Part shown: positions 44,873 to 56,604 of the stretch, one piece after another
Position numbering within the stretch: position 1 is the first letter of the stretch
Layout of the letters: each line of letters opens with the position of its first letter
Assembly: GCA_963828195.1 (NCBI GenBank)
Contig: CAWHDT010000007.1
Location: forward strand, 32,001-96,000
Reading direction: 5' to 3'
DNA: 64,000 bases
Source: Candidatus Bathyarchaeota archaeon
GTDB taxonomy: Archaea > Thermoproteota > Bathyarchaeia > Bathyarchaeales > Bathycorpusculaceae
The notes under the pieces: generated by a model
The model's input: only the letters and a program-made list of their open reading frames with translations
Told to the model about the DNA's origin: nothing
Databases searched by the model: none
Made by a program: the position numbers and the translations under genes

Positions 44873-45466
44873 TCAGGTTGACAGAAGAAATAATCCAATT
44901 TCTGCAAAAAGGTTTGGCAGCAATCTGACCGCGCGGTTTTTTCTTACAAATGCCGAAGCTTCAATACAGATGTTATTTTTTCGGCAATACTCTTTGAAGT
45001 CGGCGATGCTTAAGAAATGCAGGTTTGGCGTGTCATACCATTCGTAAGGCAACGCTTTGGTGACTGGGACTCTTCCTTTGAAGAATATTTGGAGCCTGGC
45101 TGGGGCTTGCACGAAGTTTGGGAAGCTGACAATGACCTTTTTTCCCACGCGCCGAGCCTCTTTCAGGGCGAAATCTGGTTTTTTCACTTGCTGCAGTGTC
45201 TGGTTTAATATGACGTAGTCGAATGAGTTGTCTGCGTATTCGGAGAGGCCTGTATCTATGTCTTGTTGAAAAACGCTTAATCCTTGAGCTATACATCGAT
45301 GAATGGCGATTTCGCTTAGTTCTATGCCCTGAGCGTGCACATGCTTTTCTTTTATGAGAAGAGCTAAAAGTTCTCCGTCGCCGCATCCAAGATCAAGCAC
45401 GGAAGAGCTGCCGCTAACCCATTTTAGGATGATCTCGTGCTCTGCTTTTCCCGTTGCCTGACTCAC
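44873..45466 (-). CDS. metW: Methionine biosynthesis protein MetW
   Basis: [36 protein letters not shown]; follows metX. Confidence 0.93.
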   Translation of the reverse strand: MSQATGKAEHEIILKWVSGSSSVLDLGCGDGELLALLIKEKHVHAQGIELSEIAIHRCIAQGLSVFQQDIDTGLSEYADNSFDYVILNQTLQQVKKPDFALKEARRVGKKVIVSFPNFVQAPARLQIFFKGRVPVTKALPYEWYDTPNLHFLSIADFKEYCRKNNICIEASAFVRKNRAVRLLPNLFAEIGLFLLST

Positions 45467-46593
45467 TGCTTGTCACCATAATGTCCGTTTGACGCTGTGT
45501 TGAGGAAATGCTTGATCAGCTGGGTTTCTTGCTCTGTTTCTAAAAGGAATGCGTCGTGACCGTATGTTGAGTTTATGTCGCAATAAGTGGTGTCGACCCC
45601 CGCGAGTTTACAGGCTTTCACGATTTCCAGAGACTGATAGGAGGGATACAGCCAATCTGACTTGAAGGATATTACGAGCACTTTTGCCTTTAATTCTGCA
45701 AAGACGCTGGAGAGGCTTCTGCCATTTTGAAGGTTGAAGTAATCTATGGCTTTGGTAATGTATAGATACGAGTTAGCGTCGAAACGTTTGACAAAGTTGT
45801 CGCCTCGATAATGCAAGTAGCCTTCAACCTCAAACTCGGCGCCGAACTTGAAGGGCTCCTTGTCTTCTTTTAGGCGTCTTCCGAATTTTTCAGCCATTGA
45901 GGCATCACTCATGTATGTTATGTGTCCGATCATCCGCGCCAAAGCTAAGCCCTTCGCCGGAGCCGTGGAGCCATAATAATGCCCATTCATCCAGTCGGGG
46001 TCCGCCATAATCGCTTGGCGACCAACCTCATTGAAAGCTATCTGCTGAGGCGTATGCTTCAACGTTGTTGCGATTGGTATTGCAGACCTTATTCTTTCGG
46101 GATGAGAAACCATCCATTGGAGAACTTGCATACCGCCCATTGAACCGCCTATGACGGAGAGAAGTTTCCCTATGCCTAAATGGTCGATTAGGCGAACTTG
46201 AGCGTTCACCATGTCGCCAATTGAAATTAGGGGAAAATCGGTGCCGTAGGGCGTGCAAGTTTTAGGATTAATAGAGGATGGACCAGTTGAACCCTGGCAC
46301 CCGCCGATGACGTTGGAGCAGATTACGAAATACTTGTTTGTATCCAAGCCTTTGCCTGGACCAATTAAGCTGTCCCACCAGCCGTAGGCTCCAGCGGCGT
46401 GGGCGTCCCCGGTGAGAGCGTGAAGCACAAGAACTGCATTTGATTTTTGCGGGTTAAGTTCGCCATAAGTTTCGTAGGCGAGCGTTATGGGACCGAGTTT
46501 TTCGCCTGATTCAATAGATAGTTCCTCAGGCGGCTTAGCGAATGCAAAGTGCTTTATTTCAGATAATTGAAGCGTTGGGTTAATTTTTGCTAA
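45463..46593 (-). CDS. metX: Homoserine O-acetyltransferase; start probably at non-canonical TTA 46593 (ORF-track start truncates the N-terminus)
   Basis: In-frame upstream [27 protein letters not shown]; HALTGD, GGSMGG, GHDAFL. Confidence 0.93.
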   Translation of the reverse strand, partial: LAKINPTLQLSEIKHFAFAKPPEELSIESGEKLGPITLAYETYGELNPQKSNAVLVLHALTGDAHAAGAYGWWDSLIGPGKGLDTNKYFVICSNVIGGCQGSTGPSSINPKTCTPYGTDFPLISIGDMVNAQVRLIDHLGIGKLLSVIGGSMGGMQVLQWMVSHPERIRSAIPIATTLKHTPQQIAFNEVGRQAIMADPDWMNGHYYGSTAPAKGLALARMIGHITYMSDASMAEKFGRRLKEDKEPFKFGAEFEVEGYLHYRGDNFVKRFDANSYLYITKAIDYFNLQNGRSLSSVFAELKAKVLVISFKSDWLYPSYQSLEIVKACKLAGVDTTYCDINSTYGHDAFLLETEQETQLIKHFLNTASNGHYGDKQ

Positions 46594-46620
46594 ATTAGGT
46601 GCCCTCCAAAAAAGCGTTGA

Positions 46621-47952
<1,332 letters not shown>

Positions 47953-48039
47953 TCAAAACATCCGATAACGCCGTTATATGCTTTTTTGTAAGTATTATTC
48001 CAAAAAGAATATTAGACAAACAAATCAACTAAATACAAC

Positions 48040-48594
48040 ATGTTTCCCACACTAGAAGACATCGCCAAACGTAGAAGACAATTAGGTCTAAAACAGTCAG
48101 AACTAGCCGAAATGGCAGGCGTAAGCCAATCCTTAATCGCCAAACTGGAAGCAGGAACCATCGATTCATCCTACACAAAAGTCAAAACAATCTTCGACGT
48201 CCTCGAACGGCTAGAAGCCAAAACAAAAATCCAAGAACGAAAAATCGTACCTAACGAGATCATCAGCATACAGAAAGACGAACCACTATCAAAAGTTGTC
48301 AAACTAATGAAAGAGCACGGTTACTCACAGATCCCTGTGTTTAACGGCAAACAGTCTGTCGGAAGCGTTTCGGAAAAAACCATTCTGCGCCAGATTTTGG
48401 CGGGCAAAGATTTAGATCAAATTTCCAACTTGCCAACCGAAGATATAATGGAAGAAGCTTTTCCACAGGTCAGTGAAGATGCGCCGCTTTCGCTGATTTC
48501 TAGTCTTTTGCAGACTTATCAAGCGGTTTTGATGGCGAAAAAAGGATCTGTAGTGGGCATAGTCACCAAAGCCGATTTATTGAGAATGTTATAG
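48040..48594 (+). CDS. XRE-HTH + CBS-pair transcriptional regulator (COG3620-like)
   Basis: RRQLGLKQSELAEMAGVSQSLIAKLE, YSQIPV, GIVTKADLL. Confidence 0.92.
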   Translation: MFPTLEDIAKRRRQLGLKQSELAEMAGVSQSLIAKLEAGTIDSSYTKVKTIFDVLERLEAKTKIQERKIVPNEIISIQKDEPLSKVVKLMKEHGYSQIPVFNGKQSVGSVSEKTILRQILAGKDLDQISNLPTEDIMEEAFPQVSEDAPLSLISSLLQTYQAVLMAKKGSVVGIVTKADLLRML

Positions 48595-48776
48595 TTGATC
48601 CATAAAGGTGCCGCGTCATCAGACCGCCAGTAACTTCGTCTTAAAAGAAAAACTATGATGTTTTTCATCAACTTCTAAGCAATCCCGACTGAACATATTT
48701 ACGTCACTTCTGTTTACTTGATCGTTTTTAAAGCGACAGGACAGAATCAGGCATGATTTCAAATGGGGAATGAAAG

Positions 48777-49358
48777 ATGAATTTAGGCTTTGACATTGAT
48801 GGAGTAATCGCCGATTTCTCACAGGCACTTCTTGAAACGATAAAGAAAAATTACGGTTTAGCCCTAAATAAAACGGACATTTACTGTTTTGACTTAAACG
48901 TTGTTTTGGGGATAACCAAGTCGGAAGGAAAGCAGCTTATAATTGAAGTTTTACAGAAAGATTTGCCGTTAAATACGGGCGCAAAAGAAACGTTAGAACA
49001 GTTAAGCCGAGAAGGCCACAGCATCTATCTTCTAACAAGCAGATACGACGTTCTCCGAGACATAACGCAGTCTTGGCTAAAAGAAAAAGGTGTACCATAC
49101 ACTCAGCTTCATCTTTTAAACGTGGGTGAAAAGTACCTTGCAAAAGTCGAGCCGTTAGATTTAATCGTGGAAGATTCACTTGAAGAAGCATTAGGGTGGA
49201 CCCAAAAAGTCAAAAATGTTCTTGTTTACGATCAACCATGGAACAAAACATTAAACGTTAAAAACCTAACCAAACGAGTTTACAATTGGGACGAAATATA
49301 CGATGAAGTACAACAATTAAAGCGAGAAACCATTAAAAAAAGGTTAAAGGAAAATTAA
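48777..49358 (+). CDS. HAD-superfamily 5'(3')-nucleotidase-like phosphatase
   Basis: DIDGVIAD, LTSR, K, VEDS, QPWN. Confidence 0.85.
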   Translation: MNLGFDIDGVIADFSQALLETIKKNYGLALNKTDIYCFDLNVVLGITKSEGKQLIIEVLQKDLPLNTGAKETLEQLSREGHSIYLLTSRYDVLRDITQSWLKEKGVPYTQLHLLNVGEKYLAKVEPLDLIVEDSLEEALGWTQKVKNVLVYDQPWNKTLNVKNLTKRVYNWDEIYDEVQQLKRETIKKRLKEN

Positions 49359-49434
49359 TTAGAAAAAATATTGACAAACAATTTTTGCCATTTAATTTAT
49401 TAAGGTATAATGCTGTTATAATTGCTGAATCAAA

Positions 49435-49782
49435 ATGGGTGCTCGATGCGAAACCATAGGAAAATACGTGCTTCCATTCTTCAGGTCCCTTGTCGCCAAA
49501 GAACTCATTAACACTTACCATTTAACGCAGGTTGAAGCGGCAAAAAAACTAAAAACAACCCAAGCAGCAGTAAGCCAATACATAAACTCCAAACGCGCCA
49601 TCAAAGGCACCGAACAATTCACCGATGTTCTCCCCAAAATCCAGGCAGAAGCCAAAGAAACCGCTAAGCGCCTCGCAAACCAAAAGACAACTTGGGACGA
49701 AGTGACACTTGACTTCTGCAAGCTTTGCTCCACTTTTTACGTGTCGGAAGAAAACACAACAGGCGACAGCTACACAATATAG
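49435..49782 (+). CDS. Archaeal HTH regulator (COG2522-like)
   Basis: CE.....LP..R...AKEL...LTQ.EAA.KL..TQAAVSQY...KR; C-terminal CxxC. Confidence 0.85.
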   Translation: MGARCETIGKYVLPFFRSLVAKELINTYHLTQVEAAKKLKTTQAAVSQYINSKRAIKGTEQFTDVLPKIQAEAKETAKRLANQKTTWDEVTLDFCKLCSTFYVSEENTTGDSYTI

Positions 49783-50093
49783 CAGATCAAAAAGCCAGTA
49801 GGCTATTACTCGAAAAAATTAAAATATAAGAAGTTTGAACTGACGTTTTTCTATTGGAACGGTTTTATCGTGACTTTTCTCTTAGACAATGGCTTGTTGG
49901 ACCCAAAAGAATTCTTCTGAAGTTAGCCTAAAACATGAAGTAAAATGAAGGTATGTGACTGCACGGTTAAGCCAACATTGCGCTGGAGTGATGGAGTGAT
50001 TTGTTGTTGTGCTGGACAGGTGCACAGTTCAAATCAACATTAATAATGTTTATTAAGACTCACTACACACTCGGTTATTCGGGGAAACAAAAA

Positions 50094-50726
50094 ATGAATG
50101 AAAAATTACAAGAAAGCGCACAATCACTAAAATGCTTCAACAACATAGAAGTCGAAGCATTCAGACTATACGAAACCTTAGCCAAAAAAATCAATCCTCC
50201 AGAAAGCAGCTTCATTCTATCCTTAGCCTACGACAGCCTGAAAAACGCAAAAATTCTCCAAGGAATAATCGAGTACATGGACCTGCCAGACACCGACATG
50301 AACTGCAAAAAAAACCTGACAGAGTTAGCAAGCAGCATCACCCAATTCACCAAACGACTATCCAAAACTAACAACCTGAATTACGAGATTTCATGCGAAA
50401 TACTAAAAGAATTAACCGATATGGAGGATCAATTAAGCGAAGTCTACACCAACTACGCGCAATCTGCCGCAGTTAAAATCGTCGCCGACGAATTTTCGAA
50501 ACTGGCTTTGAACCTGAGCAATTTCAAAAAAATCTTTGAAAACTTCGTAGAGCAAAAACAGAAGCACCGAGAAACCCTCATCGAAATCATATACTGCTTC
50601 GAAGCGAAAGAATCCGAGAGACTCCGCACCCAAGCGCCAACATTCAAATACAAAAACCCAGATGCTTGGATCCACGAATCCACAATGCACTCTTTTGCGG
50701 CCACACAAGTCAAAGAAAACGTTTGA
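50094..50726 (+). CDS. Degenerate ferritin/rubrerythrin-like four-helix protein
   Basis: IE.EA..LY..LA, DS.KNA, ME..L...Y, EQ..KH.E.L repeat spacing; some diiron ligands altered. Confidence 0.65.
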   Translation: MNEKLQESAQSLKCFNNIEVEAFRLYETLAKKINPPESSFILSLAYDSLKNAKILQGIIEYMDLPDTDMNCKKNLTELASSITQFTKRLSKTNNLNYEISCEILKELTDMEDQLSEVYTNYAQSAAVKIVADEFSKLALNLSNFKKIFENFVEQKQKHRETLIEIIYCFEAKESERLRTQAPTFKYKNPDAWIHESTMHSFAATQVKENV

Positions 50727-50830
50727 GAAAAAGATTCGAGCTTACCAGTGACTCTGAGCCGCTGGTAGTTCGGGTCAAATAACTCACATTTTTAATTTTG
50801 CAATCCCGTACCGCAAAATATAGGCTGGGT

Positions 50831-51007
50831 CTACTCTTCGCCGTACCCGTGTTCTATTCTGCCGTGAGTTTTTTGGTAATAGGACGCGTGGTCTGCTTTG
50901 TTCTCGCCAAAGCTTTTCATGTGCTTTTCCAAGTCAGCTTTGGTTAAGAAAATGCAGGCGCAGTGCGGGCACCTGTAACATTGGTTGTTGTTTTTTTCTT
51001 CAGCCAT
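50831..51007 (-). CDS. 58-aa C2H2-type zinc-finger microprotein downstream of ileS, absent from the ORF track
   Basis: MAEEKNNNQCYRCPHCACIFLTKADLEKHMKSFGENKADH...; YxCxxC..xF.....L..H pattern; 16 nt after the ileS stop. Confidence 0.7.
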   Translation of the reverse strand: MAEEKNNNQCYRCPHCACIFLTKADLEKHMKSFGENKADHASYYQKTHGRIEHGYGEE

Positions 51008-51023
51008 ACTTTTCCGCTCTTAA

Positions 51024-54000
51024 TCAGTGGATGTTTAGGTATATTTTTTTGCCGTCTAACTCTGATTCATGCCACTCGGCGTCATGTTCTTCGCTGCGGC
51101 TGCTGTGCAGGTACACTTTCCTTGCTCTCACTAGTCCAGCCATTTCCTCCAGATACGTCTCCAGAAGCGCCATGCTTTCGGCATCTAACTCGGCGATGTG
51201 AACTGACTCCAAGACATCGGTCGGCATAAACCCCATTTCTTTTCTGAGGGCTTGGACGCGACGCGCTAAATCTCGCATGATGCCTTCGCCCAGCAGGGTG
51301 TCGTCTCTTTGCCCGCTTACGAGTACGGTTATGTCGTCTTCTTGGCTGGAAACCCAGTTCTCGCCTCCAACGTAGTCGGGAACCTGAGCGGCATATTCGA
51401 CTGCTTTCACGTTTAGCTGTTCCAACAACAGAGATTCGAGAAACTTTAATGCGTCCAAAGTTTTTGCTGGCGCAACCACGATTGCTTTGCTAAGCGGCCA
51501 CCGACGCTTCAGCTTTCCCTGTTGCCTTGCAGCGTAGCCGATGGAGACGGTTTTAAGCAGAGCCTCAAACTGGTCTTCAAGCGGTTTGTCACGTATTTTC
51601 GGGTCAGGCGTTGGCCAACACGCAAGATTTACTGATTCGGGAAGCTGCGGTTCAAGTTGCCTGTAAATTTTCTGGTACAGTGCCTCGCTGAGGTAGGGCG
51701 TGATTGGGTTGAAAAGCAACGTCACCGTTTTTAGCGTGTGGTGCAGCAGGGCATAGATTGTTTGGCGCCTCTGCATCGTTTCAGGCTCATCCGTCCAAAG
51801 TTCCTTCCGAATCATAGGCACGTAGAGACGGCTTAGTGTTTCAATTACGAAATCATCCAAAACAGCGACGGCAGCGTTAAATTCGCATCTTTCAAGCTTG
51901 CCTGTGTAGTCTTCGATTTTCTCTTGCAGCTTAGAGAGCAGCCACAAGTCAGCAGGCTCAAGCTTATTTGCCTTAAAAGCCCAAGCTAACGTGCATTCGG
52001 AGGGATTGAACTTGTCGAAAGTCGCGTTCTGCATAAAGAACCTGCTCAGATGGTACAGGGTTGAGAGGACTTGGTAGGGGCGACGGTTTAGTTCCTGCAT
52101 GTCAAAATTCATAAAATCAATAGGCGAGCATTTTCGCGTCATATAGAAGCGGCAGAGGTCAGCTGAGTTCGTCTCCAAAAGCTTGTTGGTTTCAACCACG
52201 TTGCCTAAGCTTTTGCTCATTTTTCTGCCTTTCGCATCCTGAGTTAAACCTTGAAACAAAAATGACTTGTACGGCGCATTGGGCTCTGCAGTTAAAACGA
52301 CGTATTCAAGCAGCAAAGAGTTTGCCCAGCCCCTTGTCTGGTCGATGCCTTCAGTTAAGAAGCTGGTCGGCACAAACTTCTCAACCTCTTTGTCGGTGAA
52401 ACGGGCGTATGGCGAAGCGCCGCTGTTGTGCCAAGTATCCAAAACGAAGTCTTCCCGCCGCATATTGCCGCCGCATTTTTCGCATTTAAGCGTGATTCGG
52501 TCCACCCACGGCTTATGTAACTCAAAGTTTTCAGGAATCGGTTCCTGAGCGTTCTCAAGTAGCTCTTTTTTGCTTCCGACTATGCGTTTGGCGCCACATT
52601 TTTCGCACGCCCAAATCGGAAGCGGTGTGCCCCAGATGCGTTCCCGGCTTATACACCATGGTTTTCCTTCTTTTAGAAAGCCTAAAAACCTGTTTTTGGG
52701 TTCTTCAAAGTAGTACTGTACTTTTTCTGCTGCTTCCAGAACTTTGCTGTTTAACTTGTCTGTGCGTAAAAAGTATTCTTTTCTTGCAAGCCAAATGAGC
52801 TTGTGGTGTGAACGCCAGCAGGTGGGGTACTCATGTTTGGTCTTTGCGACCTTGACGAAAGCGTTGTGGTTGCGGAGTTCTTCAACAACCAAGTAATCGG
52901 CGTCTCGGGCAAAGACACCGTTGAAGATTCCTGCGTCTTTGGTGAATTTTACTTCATCATCGTAGGGTGCGAAGATGGGGACGCCTCTGCGTTTGGCTGC
53001 CCAAAAATCGTCTTCGCCGTTTCCAGGCGACAAATGAACTACGCCTGTGGCGGTGTTAACGTCAACGAAATCTTCACCGATAACTTTGTGAACCAGAGGA
53101 TGCTCAGTTTCAAGCTCTGCCTGTTTAGGAATCAAATCTTTCAGCGGGTAATCGTAAGCTGCGCCCTCCAGGTTTTTGCCCCAAACGGTTTCTGTGACTT
53201 CATACTTTATTATGTCAAGTTCCTGCATAACTGGCTCAACGCGTTGCTTCACCATTATCCAGGTTTCTTCGCCAACCTTCACTTTCACGTACTCAGCGTT
53301 GGGCTGAACCGCCAGCATTGTGTCGGTTATTATGGTGAAGGGCATGGTTGTCCAAACAAGGAAAAACTCGTTTTTGCTGCCGCAGACTTTGAATTTAAAG
53401 TATAAGGATGGGTCTTCTACTTCTTTGTAGCTGCCTTCGTAACCGACTTCTGCGCTGCTCAGCGAGGTTTGGCAGCCGGGACAATAGGCGACGACGTAAT
53501 GTCCCTCTTCAAGCAGGTTTTGTTCCCATGCCCGCTTCAGGATTTGCCATTCACGCTCAATATAATCGTCTTTGTAGGTCCAGTAGGCTTTTTCCTGGTT
53601 GATGAAAACGCCGAGGTTTGCATCGGCTTCAAGCCACATCTTGTGGTAGCGCATGATGGCTTTCTTGCATTCCTCAATGAACCGCTCCATGCCGTATTTC
53701 TCAATGGATTCGCGTTTGTTGCGTACGCCCAGAAGCTTCTCAACTTCCAGCTCCACGGGCAAGCCTTGGCAGTCCCATCCAGCCCAAAACGGCATGTAAT
53801 AGCCCTCCATGGTTTTCCATCGGTAACGAATATCCTTCAGGACTCGTCCGCGGGCATGACCAATATGGGGAATACCGTTTAGCGTTGGCGGTCCTTCTAC
53901 GTAACCCAAGATGCCCTTGGCGTCTTTTTCAACAAGTTCAAGCTTCTCACGTATCTGGTTTTTAACCCAGAATTCCCTCATTTCCTTTTCCAACTGAAGA

Positions 54001-54056
54001 GGCGAATAATTCGTTGGCAAAGCTTGGTCTATGTCAGCTTCATCCATGGAAGTCAT
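51024..54056 (-). CDS. ileS: Isoleucine--tRNA ligase (archaeal/eukaryotic type)
   Basis: EGPPT.NG.PHIGH, WTTMP, WCISRER.WGTP.P.W, EG.DQTRGW, KMSKS. Confidence 0.97.
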   Translation of the reverse strand: MTSMDEADIDQALPTNYSPLQLEKEMREFWVKNQIREKLELVEKDAKGILGYVEGPPTLNGIPHIGHARGRVLKDIRYRWKTMEGYYMPFWAGWDCQGLPVELEVEKLLGVRNKRESIEKYGMERFIEECKKAIMRYHKMWLEADANLGVFINQEKAYWTYKDDYIEREWQILKRAWEQNLLEEGHYVVAYCPGCQTSLSSAEVGYEGSYKEVEDPSLYFKFKVCGSKNEFFLVWTTMPFTIITDTMLAVQPNAEYVKVKVGEETWIMVKQRVEPVMQELDIIKYEVTETVWGKNLEGAAYDYPLKDLIPKQAELETEHPLVHKVIGEDFVDVNTATGVVHLSPGNGEDDFWAAKRRGVPIFAPYDDEVKFTKDAGIFNGVFARDADYLVVEELRNHNAFVKVAKTKHEYPTCWRSHHKLIWLARKEYFLRTDKLNSKVLEAAEKVQYYFEEPKNRFLGFLKEGKPWCISRERIWGTPLPIWACEKCGAKRIVGSKKELLENAQEPIPENFELHKPWVDRITLKCEKCGGNMRREDFVLDTWHNSGASPYARFTDKEVEKFVPTSFLTEGIDQTRGWANSLLLEYVVLTAEPNAPYKSFLFQGLTQDAKGRKMSKSLGNVVETNKLLETNSADLCRFYMTRKCSPIDFMNFDMQELNRRPYQVLSTLYHLSRFFMQNATFDKFNPSECTLAWAFKANKLEPADLWLLSKLQEKIEDYTGKLERCEFNAAVAVLDDFVIETLSRLYVPMIRKELWTDEPETMQRRQTIYALLHHTLKTVTLLFNPITPYLSEALYQKIYRQLEPQLPESVNLACWPTPDPKIRDKPLEDQFEALLKTVSIGYAARQQGKLKRRWPLSKAIVVAPAKTLDALKFLESLLLEQLNVKAVEYAAQVPDYVGGENWVSSQEDDITVLVSGQRDDTLLGEGIMRDLARRVQALRKEMGFMPTDVLESVHIAELDAESMALLETYLEEMAGLVRARKVYLHSSRSEEHDAEWHESELDGKKIYLNIH

Positions 54057-54163
54057 CTTTCATCACACCGCAAAATACGCTAAAAGACTATAAAAGTATT
54101 AAATGCAAAAAAAGCCCTTGACCCAAAAACTGCTCAAAGCGATTAGTCAGCAGTTTGAAGGCG

Positions 54164-54739
54164 TCAATTTGCAGGCACGGGCGTCGGATTTGGCAAAGTC
54201 AGCGTTGTCACAAAATCGCTGCTTGTCTGCGTGAAGTTTTCATCAGTGTTTATCTTTTCTTGTATTCTTACTTCTAGAGTGCTGCCTTTAGGCAATGGGG
54301 CTACATTTTGATTTGGGTAGTTGAAGCTGCCGACTCCAAAAACGCCTACAACCGTCTGCGACGCCGGCTTTAAGTTGCTTAGATAGGACCGCACTGAAGC
54401 CGCTGCGTTTCCACTATAAACCGGTCCACCTACTACAATGATTGAGTATTGATTGAGGTTAGCTGTTGCAGTCGAGCTTTTTATGCCTGCTAAGTTGACG
54501 GTGAACCCGTGTGTTTGCATATCAGCGGCAACTTTGTCGGCAAAATCTTTCGGTGCACCAGTTAAGCCTGGATCATAAACTACAAGCGCTTTTGCATAAA
54601 CACCTGCTGGACCAGTGAGCGTTTGCGTTCCCGTGGCTGTGTAGGCTGCCACATCAAGGAATATGACGCTTAATCCAACTGCTGCAATGATGACGAGCGC
54701 CAAAAAAACTGTCAATATGATCTTAAATTTTCTCCTCAT
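54164..54739 (-). CDS. Membrane-anchored/exported flavodoxin-fold protein
   Basis: N-terminal RRKFK + TM; KALVVYDPGLTG...A, Y.IIVVGGPVY.G. Confidence 0.75.
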   Translation of the reverse strand: MRRKFKIILTVFLALVIIAAVGLSVIFLDVAAYTATGTQTLTGPAGVYAKALVVYDPGLTGAPKDFADKVAADMQTHGFTVNLAGIKSSTATANLNQYSIIVVGGPVYSGNAAASVRSYLSNLKPASQTVVGVFGVGSFNYPNQNVAPLPKGSTLEVRIQEKINTDENFTQTSSDFVTTLTLPNPTPVPAN

Positions 54740-54885
54740 ACTTACTGCCTTTTACTCGTTAAATTGATTATGGGGTTATGTCGCGTTGTAGCTTTTCTGT
54801 TTTTCGCTTATCAGCCAAGCAAATAACGATTCAACTTATATCTAAAATACGTTAACATACTTGGATACCAGAGAAGCGTGACAAA

Positions 54886-56073
54886 ATGGGTAAGTTTCGG
54901 TTAGCCGTCTTTAACACTCAACCTCCCCAGCTTTACTTCGGAGGAGTCGAAAGGCGAATAATCGAAACTACCAAACGGCTAAGCAGCCAAGCCGACGTCA
55001 CCGTTTACAGCGGCACCAAGACGGGCTTCAAAAAACCTGCAACCATTAACGGTGTACGTTTCGTTCCATATTATTCGACAGACAGCATTTTTCCTTTAGA
55101 TAACTGGTTTTTCAACAGAAGCCTCGCTAAAAAAGCAGGAGCCATCGACGCTGACGTCTATGAAGTGCATGCTGTAAGCGGGTACGGTCTCGTAAAAGCG
55201 TGGAAAAAACGGGGCATCAGCAAGCCTTTCGTGCATACGGTTCACGGCGTCCTCGCCGACGAATATGAACAGGCACGCGTGAGCGGCGACCAAACGTTCA
55301 GAGGCAGAGTAGCCAATTATTTTATGCATCGACTTGCCAGGTTGGAAGAGGAAACCACAAAAAACGCAACCCAGATAGTTACTATTAGCCAGTATTCTCT
55401 TGAAAAACTGAAGACGTACTATGGTGTTGATGCGTCTAAGGTTCGGATCGTTCCAAACGGCGTTGACCCCGAAAAATTCAAACCCCGCGCGGACATTGAA
55501 GTGGCGAGGCGGCAGTTTGGGTTAGGCAAGGAGCCCTGCGTGGTTTTTGTCGGCAGCTTAATCCCCCGCAAGGGGGTGCCTTTTCTGGTTGAAGCCGCCA
55601 AAAAAATAGTCAAAGAACAAAGTGAAACGAAGTTTTTAATTGCTGGAGAAGGACCCCTAAGACACCAGTTAGTTAATTCCATTGAAGCCGCTGGTCTTTC
55701 AGGCAATTTCAAATTTTTAGGCAACCTAAAAGACGACACACTTCCAACGCTGTATAACTGCGCAGACGTGTTTGCGCTGCCGTCAATTCAGGAGGGACAG
55801 GGCATTGTACTTCTGGAAGCCCAAGCTTCAGGTAAACCTGTCGTCGCTTTTGATATCGGCGGAGTTAACGAAGCCGTGCGCAACGGCGAAACGGGGTTGC
55901 TTGTGAAGCGGGGCAGCACCGACCAGCTGGCAGAGGCAATTATGAGGCTGCTTTCCGATAAGGCACTGCGTGAAAAAATGGGCAGTAACGGCAGAAATTT
56001 TGTGACTGAGAATTTCACATGGAACATTTGCGCTCAAAAAATGCTCCAAGTTTACCGTGAAGCGTTAGCATGA
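54886..56073 (+). CDS. Glycosyltransferase family 4
   Basis: GGVE, HTVHG, VPNGVD, VGSL.PRKG, PS..EG.G.VLLEA.ASGKPVV. Confidence 0.93.
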   Translation: MGKFRLAVFNTQPPQLYFGGVERRIIETTKRLSSQADVTVYSGTKTGFKKPATINGVRFVPYYSTDSIFPLDNWFFNRSLAKKAGAIDADVYEVHAVSGYGLVKAWKKRGISKPFVHTVHGVLADEYEQARVSGDQTFRGRVANYFMHRLARLEEETTKNATQIVTISQYSLEKLKTYYGVDASKVRIVPNGVDPEKFKPRADIEVARRQFGLGKEPCVVFVGSLIPRKGVPFLVEAAKKIVKEQSETKFLIAGEGPLRHQLVNSIEAAGLSGNFKFLGNLKDDTLPTLYNCADVFALPSIQEGQGIVLLEAQASGKPVVAFDIGGVNEAVRNGETGLLVKRGSTDQLAEAIMRLLSDKALREKMGSNGRNFVTENFTWNICAQKMLQVYREALA

Positions 56074-56598
56074 GACGTTAACTGCTTTTGCCAGCCGTTT
56101 AAAGTCGTATTCGCTCATCCACTCAGTTCGCAGGTAGCAGCAGATTCGTTCATCGCTAAGTCCAATCCGTTTTGCTTCTTGGACGCAATAACGGTACGCT
56201 TCAACTTCAGTGGGCCGCTCAACGTAGTCGTATCGGGGATCAAAGAGCTCTTTTCCCTCCATATGCTGCTTGACATGGCAAAGCTCATGGATTAAGTCCA
56301 AGTAAATGTCCGTTTTGTCGCCGTTTTCTAAGTATCTTTTGCTTATTGTGAGGTGCCCATCGTTGCCGTCTACGTACATGTATCCCATGAACCAGCTGAG
56401 CTCCACTTTGAGGTGGCTGAGAACTTCGTCGGTTTTTTCGCCAAAAATTCCCCTTACCGCTTCAACTTTGTTAAAACCTTTAAAGAATTCAGAAAAAATT
56501 ACTTTACGATTCCCAATGCTCAGCGGGTTAAATGGAAGTTTCCTAAATAAACGAAATATCCTAAACACTGAACGCTCTATACCAGACAAAGCACACAA
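56065..56598 (-). CDS. Hypothetical zincin-like metalloprotein
   Basis: HELCHVKQH (HExxH) and downstream E.EAY. Confidence 0.7.
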   Translation of the reverse strand: MCALSGIERSVFRIFRLFRKLPFNPLSIGNRKVIFSEFFKGFNKVEAVRGIFGEKTDEVLSHLKVELSWFMGYMYVDGNDGHLTISKRYLENGDKTDIYLDLIHELCHVKQHMEGKELFDPRYDYVERPTEVEAYRYCVQEAKRIGLSDERICCYLRTEWMSEYDFKRLAKAVNVSC

Positions 56599-56604
56599 CA
56601 GCTC

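Noticed and set aside
48619-48828. 69-aa minus-strand ORF
   Set aside because: Overlaps the HAD gene start and has no recognisable features
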